Virus record (IMG/VR): IMGVR_UViG_3300033979_000081
Span: 1-35,331 of that record
DNA length: 35,331 nt
Source of the DNA: a virus
Taxonomy: Duplodnaviria; Caudoviricetes
Direction: 5' to 3' (one strand)
The notes beneath the pieces are model-generated. The model was not told the origin of the DNA, did not search any database, and saw only the letters and a program-made list of their open reading frames with translations. Shown here in pieces: positions 1-11,000 of the stretch. A program made the translations under genes and the position numbers. How positions within the stretch are numbered: position 1 is the first letter of the stretch; every line of letters starts with the position of its first letter.

Positions 1-134
1 TAACCCATAAGTCTGTGTTTGAGGCTATGCCGCAACCTTGGTTTGATGTAGTATGGGGGGCGGGTGGTCTAATTGGCGAAGATGTGCATTTTTGCGTGAA
101 AGCCCTAGATCACGGGATTAAGACTTTCGTGGAT
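1..134. repeat. Terminal direct repeat, left copy (circular assembly overlap)
   Basis: 1-134 is identical to 35198-35331 except T8 vs C35205; the reading frame of the spanning gene is continuous across the junction. Confidence 0.95.
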
Positions 135-242
135 CACGAATTGAGCCTCGAAATAGGACACATCGGGACGCACGAATACCGGTGGAGCGATGTCGAATAT
201 GGCCCTAAACAGTTACGCCAATCTGCAAACAACGATAGCTAA
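1..242 (+). CDS. 3' part of a GT-A fold (GT2-like) glycosyltransferase that starts at 34774 and wraps the origin
   Basis: In frame with the ORF starting at 34774 via the terminal repeat; contains PWF...GEDVHFC...VDHELS...GHIG, typical of a GT2-like C-terminal half. Confidence 0.8.
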   Translation, partial: THKSVFEAMPQPWFDVVWGAGGLIGEDVHFCVKALDHGIKTFVDHELSLEIGHIGTHEYRWSDVEYGPKQLRQSANNDS

Positions 243-819
243 TTATCTCTCACGAGATGATCTTACTTCCGCGATCCCTGACTTCATCCAACTCGCAGAG
301 ATTCGACTCCGTAGAGATTTACGCTTGCGGCAAATGCTTACGCAAACATCGGTTACGGCGACCGGTGGAGTCTCGACAATTAACCTCCCTAGTGACTTCC
401 TGCAAGCAAGGGATGTGTACGTTGACTCTGACCCCGACTTCCCTATTACGTTCGCAACGCCGTCCATCTTTATTCGGAACGGTAGGACGAACCAAAGTGG
501 TGTACCAGCTTTCTACACCATCCTTGGGTCTACGATTCAATTTGCCCCAATTCCTGACAGCAATTACGACATCAAGATCCTCTACTACGCGGCCCCTGCG
601 TTTTTATCTACGTCAAATACGTCAAATCTCTGGATTACGACCTGTCCGGATGCACTCCTCTACGGGTCGCTAGGCGAGGCTGAACCCTACCTCATGAATG
701 ATCCCAGGTTACAGACCTGGGGTGCGCTTTATGATCGCGCTATTGCTGCACTCACGCGTTCAGACGAGGAAGGTCAGTATTCGGGTGTGCCTTTAACCAT
801 GACGTTGGCTAAACGATGA
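199..819 (+). CDS. Head-tail adaptor (podovirus type)
   Basis: MALNSYANLQTTIANYLSR.D...FIQLAE..L.R.LR and PDALLYGSL.EA motifs; lies between capsid and nozzle genes; GGAG at 184-187 favours ATG199 over ATG190. Confidence 0.75.
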   Translation: MALNSYANLQTTIANYLSRDDLTSAIPDFIQLAEIRLRRDLRLRQMLTQTSVTATGGVSTINLPSDFLQARDVYVDSDPDFPITFATPSIFIRNGRTNQSGVPAFYTILGSTIQFAPIPDSNYDIKILYYAAPAFLSTSNTSNLWITTCPDALLYGSLGEAEPYLMNDPRLQTWGALYDRAIAALTRSDEEGQYSGVPLTMTLAKR

Positions 820-2267
820 GAGTCAACTTTGGTGAGTGGTTGCCGGATCAACCAGGGGTAGCAGGTGCGCTGGTTGAGGCGTTAAACGTTATTCCTCAAC
901 AGGTGGGTTATGGGCCTCTATCTGCGCCTAGTGAATGGAGCAATGCGGCTTCAGAGTCGCTTAATCAAGTTGTGTCTGCGACTTCTACGGATGAGTCAAA
1001 CACGGTCTTTGCGGGCGGCGAGACGAAGCTATTTAAGCTAGGAACAAACAGGAACCTTACGGACGTTTCTAAGGCTGGAGGTTACACAACGCCTTCGGAT
1101 CAGAAATGGCGGTTTGCTCAGTTTGGCAACCGACTGATTGCCGCTAATGGTGGTGACAGACTTCAGGGATGGTTATTAGGCACATCCACAGCATTTGCAG
1201 ATCTTGGTGCTGCTGCGCCTAAGTCAAGGTATGTCACAACGGTCAGAGACTTTGTAGTCGCGGGATTCAACAACGGAACAACGGTCTACCCCAATAGAGT
1301 CGAGTGGTGCGCGTTAGGTGATGAAACAAGTTGGACACCTTCCGCTACGACGCAAGCAGACTATCAGGACATCCCAGACGGTGGGCATGTCAAGGGTTTG
1401 ACGGGCGGTGAGTTTGGACTCGTGTTTATGGATCGTGCGGTTGTCCGCATGTCTTACGTTGGAAGCCCTCTTGTGTTTCAGTTTGACACGATCTCGCGGG
1501 GCTTAGGGTGCTTAGAGTCTGGGTCTGTCGTTCAGTACGCAGGATCAAGTTTCTTTTTGTCTGATGACGGGTTTTATGTCTGTAATGGGCAGACTGTGCA
1601 GTCTATTTCCGTTGAGAAAATCGACCGTTGGTTCTTTAATACGGTAGACATCTCACAACTGTCTACGATGTCTGCTGCTGTAGACCCTCTTAAAAACCTT
1701 GTGATATGGGCGTTTAAGACGGTAGACCAGACCACTGCTCTGCTCATTTACAACTTCAATCTTTCTAAGTGGTCTCATGCTGAGGTTACGTTAGATTCGA
1801 TTGCATCTTCAACAGCAATAACGACATCTTCTTCGTCAGGTTTAACGTTAGAGCAACTAGACGCATACGGAAGCATTGATACGCTGCCTGCAAGCCTAGA
1901 CTCTTTTGGGTACACGGTTACGTCTAACCTTCTTACAGGCACGATAGGAACAAAGATCGCAGCTTTCTCAGGGTCAAACTTAACGGCTAGTATTATTACG
2001 CCTGACCTTTCCATGAATGACATGCCTTCGGTTGTCACCTTGGTAAGACCTGTTATTGACAGCGGTTCTTGTTCCGTACAGATCAACTCCAGAAAGCGTT
2101 TGAACCAACAAACAGACTTTACGGGTTCTACATACTCGTCGAACTCTGATAACAGGATAGGTCTACGCTCGGCAGGAACTTACCATCGGTTAAACGTCAT
2201 TCCTTCTGGTGTCTGGACTTCCGCGGTTGGTTTGGATGTGACGGTTGTGCCACAGGGTATGCGATGA
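816..2267 (+). CDS. Tail nozzle / DNA stabilization protein (P22 gp10-like, beta-rich)
   Basis: 483 aa, beta-rich, FGEWLPDQ N-terminus, ATGA overlap with the adaptor; synteny. Confidence 0.7.
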   Translation: MRVNFGEWLPDQPGVAGALVEALNVIPQQVGYGPLSAPSEWSNAASESLNQVVSATSTDESNTVFAGGETKLFKLGTNRNLTDVSKAGGYTTPSDQKWRFAQFGNRLIAANGGDRLQGWLLGTSTAFADLGAAAPKSRYVTTVRDFVVAGFNNGTTVYPNRVEWCALGDETSWTPSATTQADYQDIPDGGHVKGLTGGEFGLVFMDRAVVRMSYVGSPLVFQFDTISRGLGCLESGSVVQYAGSSFFLSDDGFYVCNGQTVQSISVEKIDRWFFNTVDISQLSTMSAAVDPLKNLVIWAFKTVDQTTALLIYNFNLSKWSHAEVTLDSIASSTAITTSSSSGLTLEQLDAYGSIDTLPASLDSFGYTVTSNLLTGTIGTKIAAFSGSNLTASIITPDLSMNDMPSVVTLVRPVIDSGSCSVQINSRKRLNQQTDFTGSTYSSNSDNRIGLRSAGTYHRLNVIPSGVWTSAVGLDVTVVPQGMR

Positions 2268-3040
2268 TCTTCAGGACGCTACCTCCGTTTGGTGGCGATC
2301 AGCGAGCCGTTGCTGAGATTGTCCGCAACATCATGGACGGCAAGACGAATAACACCGGAACGGTGACGCTTGCCACAGGAAACGCCACCACAACCACGAT
2401 TACAGACGCGAGGATAGGGGTAGAGAGCAAGATTATTCTCATCCCTTACTCTGCCAATGCCTATGTGAGTGGACTGCCCTACGGATCGTTTTTCGACGTT
2501 AACGACCAAACGGCTGCAAGCACGACAGCATCCTATGCAGTCACGTTTTCCAATACGGATTTAAGCAACAACGTCTACTTATCGAACTCAAGTCGGATTA
2601 ACGTCAGAGCGGCGGGGAAGTACAACCTTCAGTTTTCTGTGCAGTTTGCAAACGCTGACACGCAGATCCAAGACGCTGACTTGTGGCTAAGAAAAAACGG
2701 CACTGACCTTACTAACTCCAATTCTCAGTTCTCGATTCCTAATTCTCACGGCGGAACAGACGGGCACTTGATTGCTGCGCTTAACCTTTTTGTTGATCTC
2801 GTGGCCAATGACTATGTTGAACTTGTTTGGGCCGCAACAAGCACACAAGTAAGGCTAGAGTACATAGGGACACAGTCAAGCCCGACAAGACCGGCAACAC
2901 CGTCGGTTATTCTGACGATGCAACACATCTCTGATGGGCCATTGGTTTACGTTTCAAGCGTAACGAACGGTTCTGCGACTGTTACGCACTATCCTAATTC
3001 AACGTCTGATATGACATACGGCTATGTGGTGGTCGGATGA
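2264..3040 (+). CDS. Tail-tip/needle-position structural protein with a C1q/BclA-like jelly-roll segment
   Basis: Follows the nozzle; GKYNLQFSVQF...WLRKNG...L.ANDYVEL pattern resembles a TNF/C1q-like fold. Confidence 0.55.
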   Translation: MIFRTLPPFGGDQRAVAEIVRNIMDGKTNNTGTVTLATGNATTTTITDARIGVESKIILIPYSANAYVSGLPYGSFFDVNDQTAASTTASYAVTFSNTDLSNNVYLSNSSRINVRAAGKYNLQFSVQFANADTQIQDADLWLRKNGTDLTNSNSQFSIPNSHGGTDGHLIAALNLFVDLVANDYVELVWAATSTQVRLEYIGTQSSPTRPATPSVILTMQHISDGPLVYVSSVTNGSATVTHYPNSTSDMTYGYVVVG

Positions 3041-3423
3041 ATGTGCAATACATCAAACAAGACGAGCTTAGGGGTGTCTGGCAGTACATCAAGCCAGGAT
3101 TGGAAGTCATCCTTAAGAAAAGCCCAGAATCGTGGATACCTGAGGACATTTACTCGGACTGCTTTACGGGAAGATCACTTCTTTGGGTGTTTGTTGAGGA
3201 TAACTCTGTTGTGGGCTTTGTTGTTTTGCAGCCTATCGGCGATAATTTGCATATTTGGTGCGCTTATGGCAAGGGAGATAGTCGTGCAGGCTTGGATCAT
3301 GTTCTCGGCATTGCGAGAAGTGGTGGCGCGAAAACTATCAGCTTTGATTCGTGGCGTAAAGGCTGGGATCGCAAGGCTAAGGCGTTAGGTTTTAGACCCC
3401 GTAAGTGGGTGAGAGAGGTTTAA
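3037..3423 (+). CDS. GNAT-fold virion assembly protein (P22 gp14/T7 gp13 position)
   Basis: 128 aa; VVGFVVL..LHIWCAYG..RKGW..LGF pattern; precedes the ejection proteins. Confidence 0.55.
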   Translation: MNVQYIKQDELRGVWQYIKPGLEVILKKSPESWIPEDIYSDCFTGRSLLWVFVEDNSVVGFVVLQPIGDNLHIWCAYGKGDSRAGLDHVLGIARSGGAKTISFDSWRKGWDRKAKALGFRPRKWVREV

Positions 3424-3424
3424 C

Positions 3425-4318
3425 ATGGCTGGTGGCTCTACAAACACGGTTACGAGAACCGAACTTGACCCGACAATGCGTCCGTATGTCCAGTATGGAC
3501 TACAGGAAGCGCAAAGGCTTTATCAGCAAGGTGCACCTGAGTTTTACACAGGCCAGACCTATGTAGGCCCGTCTCAACAGACTCAGTCTGCGCTGTCTGC
3601 CATGCAGACAAGGGCTATGCAAGGCAATCCGCTTGTACCTTTGGCGCAACAACAGTTAGCAACGACGTTAGGTGGTTCTCGTGCTGAGACATTGGCAGGC
3701 GCAACAAGTCCGGTCTTAGCTAATACGGTTGCTGGTGGTTATCTCGGACAGAATCCGTACTACACGGCAGCACTACAACCCGGGTTCCAAGCAGCAACAA
3801 CTCAGTACCAAGACGCAATCAACCAAATGCGGTCTCGCGCTTCTCAGGCGGGACGTTACGGGACTAACGAAGCCTTAATGAGCCAAGAGCAACGCGCACA
3901 AGGCGCACTTGCTAACGCACTTGCAGGGCAGGCTGCACAGTTGGGTTACTCCGGTTACGAGGCTGAGAGAGGTAGGCAACAACAAGCACTAGGCATGGGG
4001 CTGGATCTCTACGAAGCAGAGAGGGCTAGACAACAAGCGGCGATCGGTGCTGCTCCAGGCTTGGCTGCACAGGACTACACGGACATTGCACAACTTGCTC
4101 AGGCGGGTCAGACAGCAGAGAGTTATCAACAAGCAGCCCTACAAGACGCTATTCAGAGATTCAACTACCAACAGCAAGCACCTTATGCAGCCTTACAGTC
4201 ATTCCTCTCATCTTCCTTTGGTGCACCACAGGGGATGCAAACGGTTTCGCCTAGTTACTCTAACCCGCTTGCAGGCGTACTTGGTGCAGCACTAGCAGGA
4301 AAGGCTTTGTTGTCGTGA
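3425..4318 (+). CDS. DNA ejection (internal virion) protein 1
   Basis: Gln/Ala/Gly-rich, NPY motif, glycine-zipper-like hydrophobic C-terminus; podovirus ejectosome position. Confidence 0.65.
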   Translation: MAGGSTNTVTRTELDPTMRPYVQYGLQEAQRLYQQGAPEFYTGQTYVGPSQQTQSALSAMQTRAMQGNPLVPLAQQQLATTLGGSRAETLAGATSPVLANTVAGGYLGQNPYYTAALQPGFQAATTQYQDAINQMRSRASQAGRYGTNEALMSQEQRAQGALANALAGQAAQLGYSGYEAERGRQQQALGMGLDLYEAERARQQAAIGAAPGLAAQDYTDIAQLAQAGQTAESYQQAALQDAIQRFNYQQQAPYAALQSFLSSSFGAPQGMQTVSPSYSNPLAGVLGAALAGKALLS

Positions 4319-4830
4319 GTGGCGTAGAACCTCTTATTGCAGCCGAGGTTATCGGTTCTACTGCTGCTGCTGGTGCAGCCGAAGCCGCTGCTGCTGCCGC
4401 TGCTGCTGAGATGGCTACTGCTGCTGCCGCCTCTCAAGCCGCTGCATCCGCTGGAACTGCTGCCGCTGCCGCTGGCACTGCTAACCCATTCTTAGCGACT
4501 GCCTACGGTTCTTTGCCTGGTATGACAATGGGGTCACAGCAGGCGGCAATGCTTGCAGCGCAGACAGGTGAGTTTGGTTTACCTGGACTTATGTCTACAG
4601 GTGGTTCTGCGACTTATGCTGGTGCTGGTGGCCCGTTAGCTAAAATGGCTTTTTCCTCTGGATCGCCTACGGCTATGCGTATGGGTATGCAAGGCATGAA
4701 TATGATGCAGCAGTCAGCCCCGCAAGCACCGCCTCCTCCAGGCATCAAGCGCGGACAAGTCCCGCAGGGTGTAGATTTCAACTCGTTGCTCGCTCAACCA
4801 GTGCAACGCAAGCGCATCTCTCTGTTGTGA
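4315..4830 (+). CDS. Ala-rich DNA ejection/pilot protein 2
   Basis: GTGA overlap with upstream gene; poly-Ala hydrophobic N-terminal half, Met/Gln/Pro-rich tail. Confidence 0.55.
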   Translation: MSGVEPLIAAEVIGSTAAAGAAEAAAAAAAAEMATAAAASQAAASAGTAAAAAGTANPFLATAYGSLPGMTMGSQQAAMLAAQTGEFGLPGLMSTGGSATYAGAGGPLAKMAFSSGSPTAMRMGMQGMNMMQQSAPQAPPPPGIKRGQVPQGVDFNSLLAQPVQRKRISLL

Positions 4831-4837
4831 GGGCAAG

Positions 4838-6532
4838 ATGGACGAATACTTAGCTCGATTGTTTGGAAGTCAACCGTCTTACATGGGGCAACTCATGGGG
4901 GCAGACGACGCAGAAAGGCTTCGTCAAGAAGCGCAGCGTCAAGGTTTGTTAGGGACGGGTATAGGTTTACTTATGGCTTCTGGGCCTTCTGCACAACGTC
5001 AGAATATCGGGCAGATTGTTGGTCAGGGGTTGATGGCAGGACAGCAGGCCTACCGTGGTGCAATGCAGCAAGCGGTGCAGGATAGGATGACTGGATTGCA
5101 GCTTGCTGAGATGGTTCGTAAACAACAGGCAATGGAAACCGCAAGAAAAGAGTTGCCTAAACTTGTGCAAACCACTGAGACACCTGGAGCGCAAATTCCT
5201 CTTCCGGTTCCAATGGATGAAGAAGGTAATGTCATGCCAGAGGCGCGTATGCCTGGGCAGATTACGCGAGCAATCAACCCTCAATCTGCTGCTGCTCTTC
5301 GTCAGGTGTTAGATCCTAAGCAATACGCAGACTTAATAAAGGCGGCAGAAACAGAAATTGGCATCAATGCGCCTAAACACGAGAAAGTTGGTAATCGAGT
5401 TATTGCTATAAACCCTGACGGGACGGTTAAGGTTCTTTATCAAGGGCCACAAAATCTTGAATTTAGGGCTGTTGGCGATACGGTTTTTGGTCTTAATCCT
5501 GAGACCGGCGCAAAGGTTACGGAATTCAATGCGGAGTCATCTCCACTACCTCCTGCTGCAAAGGTATATGCTAGGGTTTACTTCCCTGGTATTGCATATA
5601 CGTCATTGAGCCCTGAGCAAGTAGCGCAAGCAATGAACTGGGCGCAAATGGCAAGCCCTGCTGACGTTGCTACTTTAGAACAAAAGAATGTTGAATTACA
5701 GGCAACGGTAGGAGTAAGAGGGCCATCTGTTCCGCAAAGACCATTACTAGCGCCTCCTGCCGCCACTCCTCAAGCTACTCAGCAAGTCGCACCTCAAGTC
5801 GCACCTCAAGCCGCTAGGCAAGCACAGCCTGCGCCGCAACCGGTTGCACAGCCTGCGCCAACACAAGCCGCACCACAACAAGCATTGCAAGCACCTGTTT
5901 CAGGAGAACCTGCTTACACGCAATCAACGGTAGAAAATCCAACGGTTGTTAATCCAGCTATCCCGTTAAAAACTCGCAATGAGTTTAAGTCTAAACAACC
6001 GCAAGCAATGAGTGCGACGGTATCAATGCTTAGGACGTATCGAGACACGCAAAACGACATTAGAAACCTCATTAACAATGACGCTGGTTTGAGAGCGGCT
6101 TCTGGGTTTGGCGGCGAGTTGGTTTCTGCTGTTCCAGGAACTGAGGCTGCAAACGCAAAAGCAATTCTTGATAAGCTAAAAAATCGCAGTTTTGTAGCTA
6201 ATATCAATGAAATGAGAGCCGCTTCTCCAACGGGTGCTGCTGTTGGTGCGGTTACAGAACGAGAAGGGGCGAGGTTTGAAAACCTTATCGCCAGCCTATC
6301 TCAAGCCCAAACATACGATCAGCTTAAGAGGCAGTTGGTTGAGTTGGATAACTTCTTGTTAGAAACGTCTGGTGCTACCAAAAACGCTTACGAACAAGAT
6401 TTTGGGCGAAACCAAACAATCAACAGCGTTTTCTCGCAAATGCCAAAGGCTTTGACTCAACAGCAAGTTACCCCTGGTGATCTTGGTAGTGCCGCTAGGC
6501 AAGAGCTTGAGAGAAGAAAGCAAAGGAAATAG
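4838..6532 (+). CDS. DNA ejection protein 3
   Basis: 564 aa; N-terminal GLL..G.GLL segment, PQA-rich linker, C-terminal G.VTERE...L.ASL helical domain seen in podovirus ejection proteins. Confidence 0.65.
   Translation: MDEYLARLFGSQPSYMGQLMGADDAERLRQEAQRQGLLGTGIGLLMASGPSAQRQNIGQIVGQGLMAGQQAYRGAMQQAVQDRMTGLQLAEMVRKQQAMETARKELPKLVQTTETPGAQIPLPVPMDEEGNVMPEARMPGQITRAINPQSAAALRQVLDPKQYADLIKAAETEIGINAPKHEKVGNRVIAINPDGTVKVLYQGPQNLEFRAVGDTVFGLNPETGAKVTEFNAESSPLPPAAKVYARVYFPGIAYTSLSPEQVAQAMNWAQMASPADVATLEQKNVELQATVGVRGPSVPQRPLLAPPAATPQATQQVAPQVAPQAARQAQPAPQPVAQPAPTQAAPQQALQAPVSGEPAYTQSTVENPTVVNPAIPLKTRNEFKSKQPQAMSATVSMLRTYRDTQNDIRNLINNDAGLRAASGFGGELVSAVPGTEAANAKAILDKLKNRSFVANINEMRAASPTGAAVGAVTEREGARFENLIASLSQAQTYDQLKRQLVELDNFLLETSGATKNAYEQDFGRNQTINSVFSQMPKALTQQQVTPGDLGSAARQELERRKQRK
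5772..5885 (+). repeat. Short coding tandem repeats (QVAP/AQPAP linker)
   Basis: CAAGTCGCACCT x2 in tandem and GCACAGCCTGCGCC x2. Confidence 0.7.
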
Positions 6533-6534
6533 TG

Positions 6535-8070
6535 ATGGCTATCGATCTAAGCAAGCTATCAGATGCAGACCTTGAGGCGTTAGCCAATAACGACCTGTCT
6601 AAGGTTTCTGACGCTGGCCTCAAGTATATTGCTAGACAACAGCCAGTAGACAGGCCTATAGAAGAGCGTGTCTCTCGTATCCCTGGGCTTGTGGCTAGAG
6701 GCATGGCCCCTTCAATGATGGGTGCTGCTCTTGGTGCTCCTCTTGGCCCTGTAGGGATGCTTGCTGGATCTTTAGCCGTTCCTGCTGCTGAGTTAACTTC
6801 ACAGGCTTATAACGCAATAGTCCCAGAGGAATACCAGTTAAAAGTAACACCTTCTCAAGCTATTTCTAACCTGCTTACGCAGATTGGTTTACCGCAGCCG
6901 GAAACAACGCCAGAACGCATGATTACGCAAGGTTCTAGCGCGTTAGGCGGTACAGCGGCATCAATCCCTGGTTTTATGCGTTTAGGTCAGGTTGCAGCAA
7001 CTCCAACAGGTAGAGCGGTTTCTACGCAAATGGCCGCCGCTCCAGGTTCTCAAATGGTTGCCGCTCCTGTAGGTGCTGCGACAGGCGAAGCTGTAGAAAG
7101 CGCGACAGATTCTCCGCTTGCAGGCATGTTTGCCAATGTTGTTTCCGGAGGTCTAGCCGGTGCAAGGCGTGGAGAGAAACCAACGGTTCCAACAAGAGAG
7201 TCTGTCAAAGACGCTGCTAGGGCAGCATACGAGGTTGCTACGTCTGCTGGCGTTATCGTGCAGCCTAATAGCTTCCAAAAGCGTTTAAGCGACATTGAGA
7301 CTACAGTTAAGTCTGCTGGTTTTGACGCAGATCTACATCCTAAAGTCGCTGCTGTTTTAAGGCGTTTTCAGAATGAAGGCCAAACGCCAAAGACGTTAGA
7401 CGAGTTAGAGATTCTAAGGCGCGTCGCAAACAGTGCTGCCGGATCTCTAGAAAAAGACGAGCGCAGGCTTGGCCGAATGATTATCTCTAAGCTAGATGAT
7501 TACGTTGAGAACCTTGGTCAGGCTGACTTAATTGGTGGTAATGCGGCTGCTGGGTCTACAGCACTAAAGACTGCTAGGAATTTGTGGTCAAGAAGCGTCA
7601 AGACAGAAACCCTAGACGACATCATTGAGAAGGCAACGACTTCGGCTTCTCAGTATTCTCAGTCAGGCATGGAGAACGCGCTTAGAACGCAGTTCAGGCA
7701 ATTGGCAAACAACAAAAACAGGCTGAGTCAATTCAATAGCGAAGAGCAGGCGGCTATCAAATACGTTGCTCGTGGCGGCGATATACAGAACGTCCTTAGA
7801 TACCTTGGCAAGCTAGCTCCAACAGGCGTTGTATCTGGTGGTTTATCTACTGGCGCAGGCTATTTGTTTGGCGGGCCTCTTGGCGCAGCCGTTCTTCCTA
7901 CGGTTGGGGCTGCATCTAGGTTTGGCGCGGAGCGAATGATGCAGCAAAACGTAGAAAATCTACGCAATCAGGTGCTTATGGGTAGGCAAATAGGCCGAGG
8001 AACGCCTACAATCTACAGTACGCCAGCAGCAATGCGCGGCTTGCTGTATTCGAATCAAGAGGCTGAGTGA
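6535..8070 (+). CDS. DNA ejection protein 4
   Basis: DLSKLSD/DLSKVSD N-terminal repeat, several Gly/Ala hydrophobic hairpins, last gene before the tail fibre. Confidence 0.65.
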   Translation: MAIDLSKLSDADLEALANNDLSKVSDAGLKYIARQQPVDRPIEERVSRIPGLVARGMAPSMMGAALGAPLGPVGMLAGSLAVPAAELTSQAYNAIVPEEYQLKVTPSQAISNLLTQIGLPQPETTPERMITQGSSALGGTAASIPGFMRLGQVAATPTGRAVSTQMAAAPGSQMVAAPVGAATGEAVESATDSPLAGMFANVVSGGLAGARRGEKPTVPTRESVKDAARAAYEVATSAGVIVQPNSFQKRLSDIETTVKSAGFDADLHPKVAAVLRRFQNEGQTPKTLDELEILRRVANSAAGSLEKDERRLGRMIISKLDDYVENLGQADLIGGNAAAGSTALKTARNLWSRSVKTETLDDIIEKATTSASQYSQSGMENALRTQFRQLANNKNRLSQFNSEEQAAIKYVARGGDIQNVLRYLGKLAPTGVVSGGLSTGAGYLFGGPLGAAVLPTVGAASRFGAERMMQQNVENLRNQVLMGRQIGRGTPTIYSTPAAMRGLLYSNQEAE

Positions 8071-11000
8071 TGGCTAAGACGAAAATAAGTGAGTTTTCCT
8101 CAACTCCAGGCAATAACACCGACATAGACGGTATCGACATTGCTGAGGGTTGTGCGCCTAGTAACATCAACAACGCTATTCGGGAGTTGATGAGTCAGCT
8201 TAAGAACCAACAAGCTGGACTCGATGGCGACACCTTCACGGTCTCAGATGTTTTAGCGGTTCAAGGTGTAGCTGCAAATGCAGGACGAGTCAGGATTGGT
8301 GAGGACTCAGACAACGGCTCGAACTACATCGAGCTTCGTGCAGCCTCAGCGATGGCAAGCAACGTTACGTTTACGCTGCCAGACGCAGATGGTGCTGCTA
8401 ATGCAGTCTTAGGGACGGACGGTGCAGGCAATCTCTCGTTTTCGAGTGCGACAGGCACAGGAAACGTTGTCAGGGCGACATCTCCAACGCTCACGACTCC
8501 AAACCTTGGCACTCCTTCTGCCGCGACACTAACAAATGCGACAGGGCTCCCGATTTCAACAGGGGTTTCTGGACTAGGGACTAATGTAGCTACAGCCTTA
8601 GCGGTCAACGTAGGTTCTTCTGGAGCCTTTACGACCTTTAACGGCGCGATGGGAACGCCATCGAGCATTACCCTTACCAACGCGACAGGGATGCCACTGT
8701 CGGGCGTTACGGGCTTGGGAACGAACGTCGCTACTGCGCTGGGTGTCAACGTAGGGTCTACAGGCGCATTTGTTACGACTTCGGGTTCTGGTGCTGCTGG
8801 AACCTGGGGGATCTCAATCTCAGGTAATGCCGCAACGGTTACAGACGGTGTGGTTACTTCAGGGTCTTATGCAAACCCTGCTTGGATCACATCGCTTGCC
8901 TCTTCCAAACTCACGGGAACGATCCCGATTGAGACAGGCGGCACAGGACAAGGAAGCAAGACTGCTGCCTTCAACGCCTTGTCTCCTTTGTCTACCAAGG
9001 GTGACATCGTTGCTCACTCAGGCACAGATAACGTCAGGGTGCCTGTAGGCTCAAACGGACAAGTGTTGGTTGCTGACTCTTCTGAGACAGGTGGGGTCAA
9101 GTGGAGTACTGTTTCTGGTGTCGGTACGGTGGTAAGTGTTGGCATTACACCACCTGCTTTCTTGACGGCTGGTTCTCCCGTTACTTCGTCTGGAAACATT
9201 ACCCTTACTTATTCAGGAACAGCGATTCCTGTTACTTCTGGGGGCACAGGACTAACCAGTCTTGGTGCTGCGTTGGATGTCTTAAGGGTCAACTCGGCAG
9301 GAACTGCTTTAGAGTTTGCGACACTAGCCACAGGTGGCGACGTTACAGGCCCAGCAAGCGCAACTAACGGTCAGTTAGCAATCTACAACGGCGTTACAGG
9401 AAAGATCCTCACCGGATCATCGGTAACAGGTGTCCTGAAGGCTTCTTCTGGTGTAGTGGCTGCCGCTACAGCAGGAACCGATTACGTCGCTCCTGGTGGT
9501 GCGTTAGGAACTCCCTCGTCTGGTACGCTCACAAACGCCACTGGTTTACCAATCTCCACAGGGGTTAGTGGTCTCGGAACAAATGTTGCAACTGCGCTTG
9601 CGGTTAATGTTGGTTCGTCTGGCGCAATCATCACAAACGGTGGTGCATTAGGTACACCATCTTCTGGAACCCTTACGAACGCCACAGGGCTTCCAATTTC
9701 CACAGGGGTGTCAGGCTTAGGTACAGGCGTAGCAACGGCCCTAGCGGTCAATACGGGCTCCACAGGGGCTATTGTGACGAGGAACGGTGCGCTAGGCACA
9801 CCTTCTTCTGCAACGCTCACAAACGCGACAGGATTACCTCTTTCATCAGGTGTCACAGGAACCCTTCCTGTCTCTAATGGTGGGACGGGTCTAACTGCTT
9901 TAGGTTCTGCTCTGCAAGTCTTGAGAGTCAATGCTGGTGCTACGGGGTTAGAGTTTGCAAGCGGGTCTAGCGGTGATGTAACGGGGCCAGCGAGTTCAAC
10001 AGATAACAGAATTGTTAGGTTTGACGGTACGACAGGCAAGATCATCCAGAGTTCGTCTGCAAGCATCACAGACACGGGACAGGGTTCTTTTGTTGGTTAC
10101 ATGCAAGTCACTGCCAACACAGGCGCGGGGACTTCTGGTTATCTTGAGCTCCAATCTAACGATGCGGGATCGGGCACTAAGACGCTTCGGATTCAGCCCT
10201 CCAGTGCTGCGTCAACCTCAACACAGACTTATGTGTTCCCGACCTCTTATGGAACGAACGGTCAGACGCTTAATACAGACGGCGCGGGTAATCTTTTCTG
10301 GGGTACGGCTTCAGGTACAGGTGATGTCTACGGCCCTGTAGGTGCGACTAATAACCAGATAGCACTTTTTGACAGCACGACTGGTAAGTTAATCAAGGCA
10401 GCAACAACGACGGGTCTGTTGAAAGCCTCGTCAGGTGTGATTGCTGCCGCAGTCTCAGGTACGGATTACGCACCTGCCACTTCTGGAAGCGGGATTCTTA
10501 AGGGCAACGGTTCAGGTGGGTTTTCTACCGCGTCGTCTGGTACGGATTACGCTCCTGCGACCTCAGGCACATCAATCCTCAAGGGTAATAACTTAGGTGG
10601 TTTCCAGGCTGCTCAAGCCAATGTTGACTATCAGCAAGTCATCAACGTCACGGGGCTTGTAAAAGCATCGGGTTCTGGTGTTGTTGCTGCTGCTGCTTCT
10701 GGGATTGATTACGCGCCTGCAACATCGGGAACCAATATCCTAAAGGGTAACGGCTCTGGTGGGTTCACGCAGGCCACATCGGGGACTGACTTTGTGCCAC
10801 CATCAGGAACGGGCGCGACCGGAACCTGGGGTATCTCGATTTCAGGTAACGCTGCTACAGCGACTTCGGCAACGTCTGCAACGTCCGCAACCACAGCGAC
10901 CACGGCAACAAACATTGCAGGTGGTGCTGCCAACCGAATTGCAGTTCAGAGTGGATCAGGTGCGACAGGCTTTATTGCTGCGCCAACGTCAGGGTCAACT

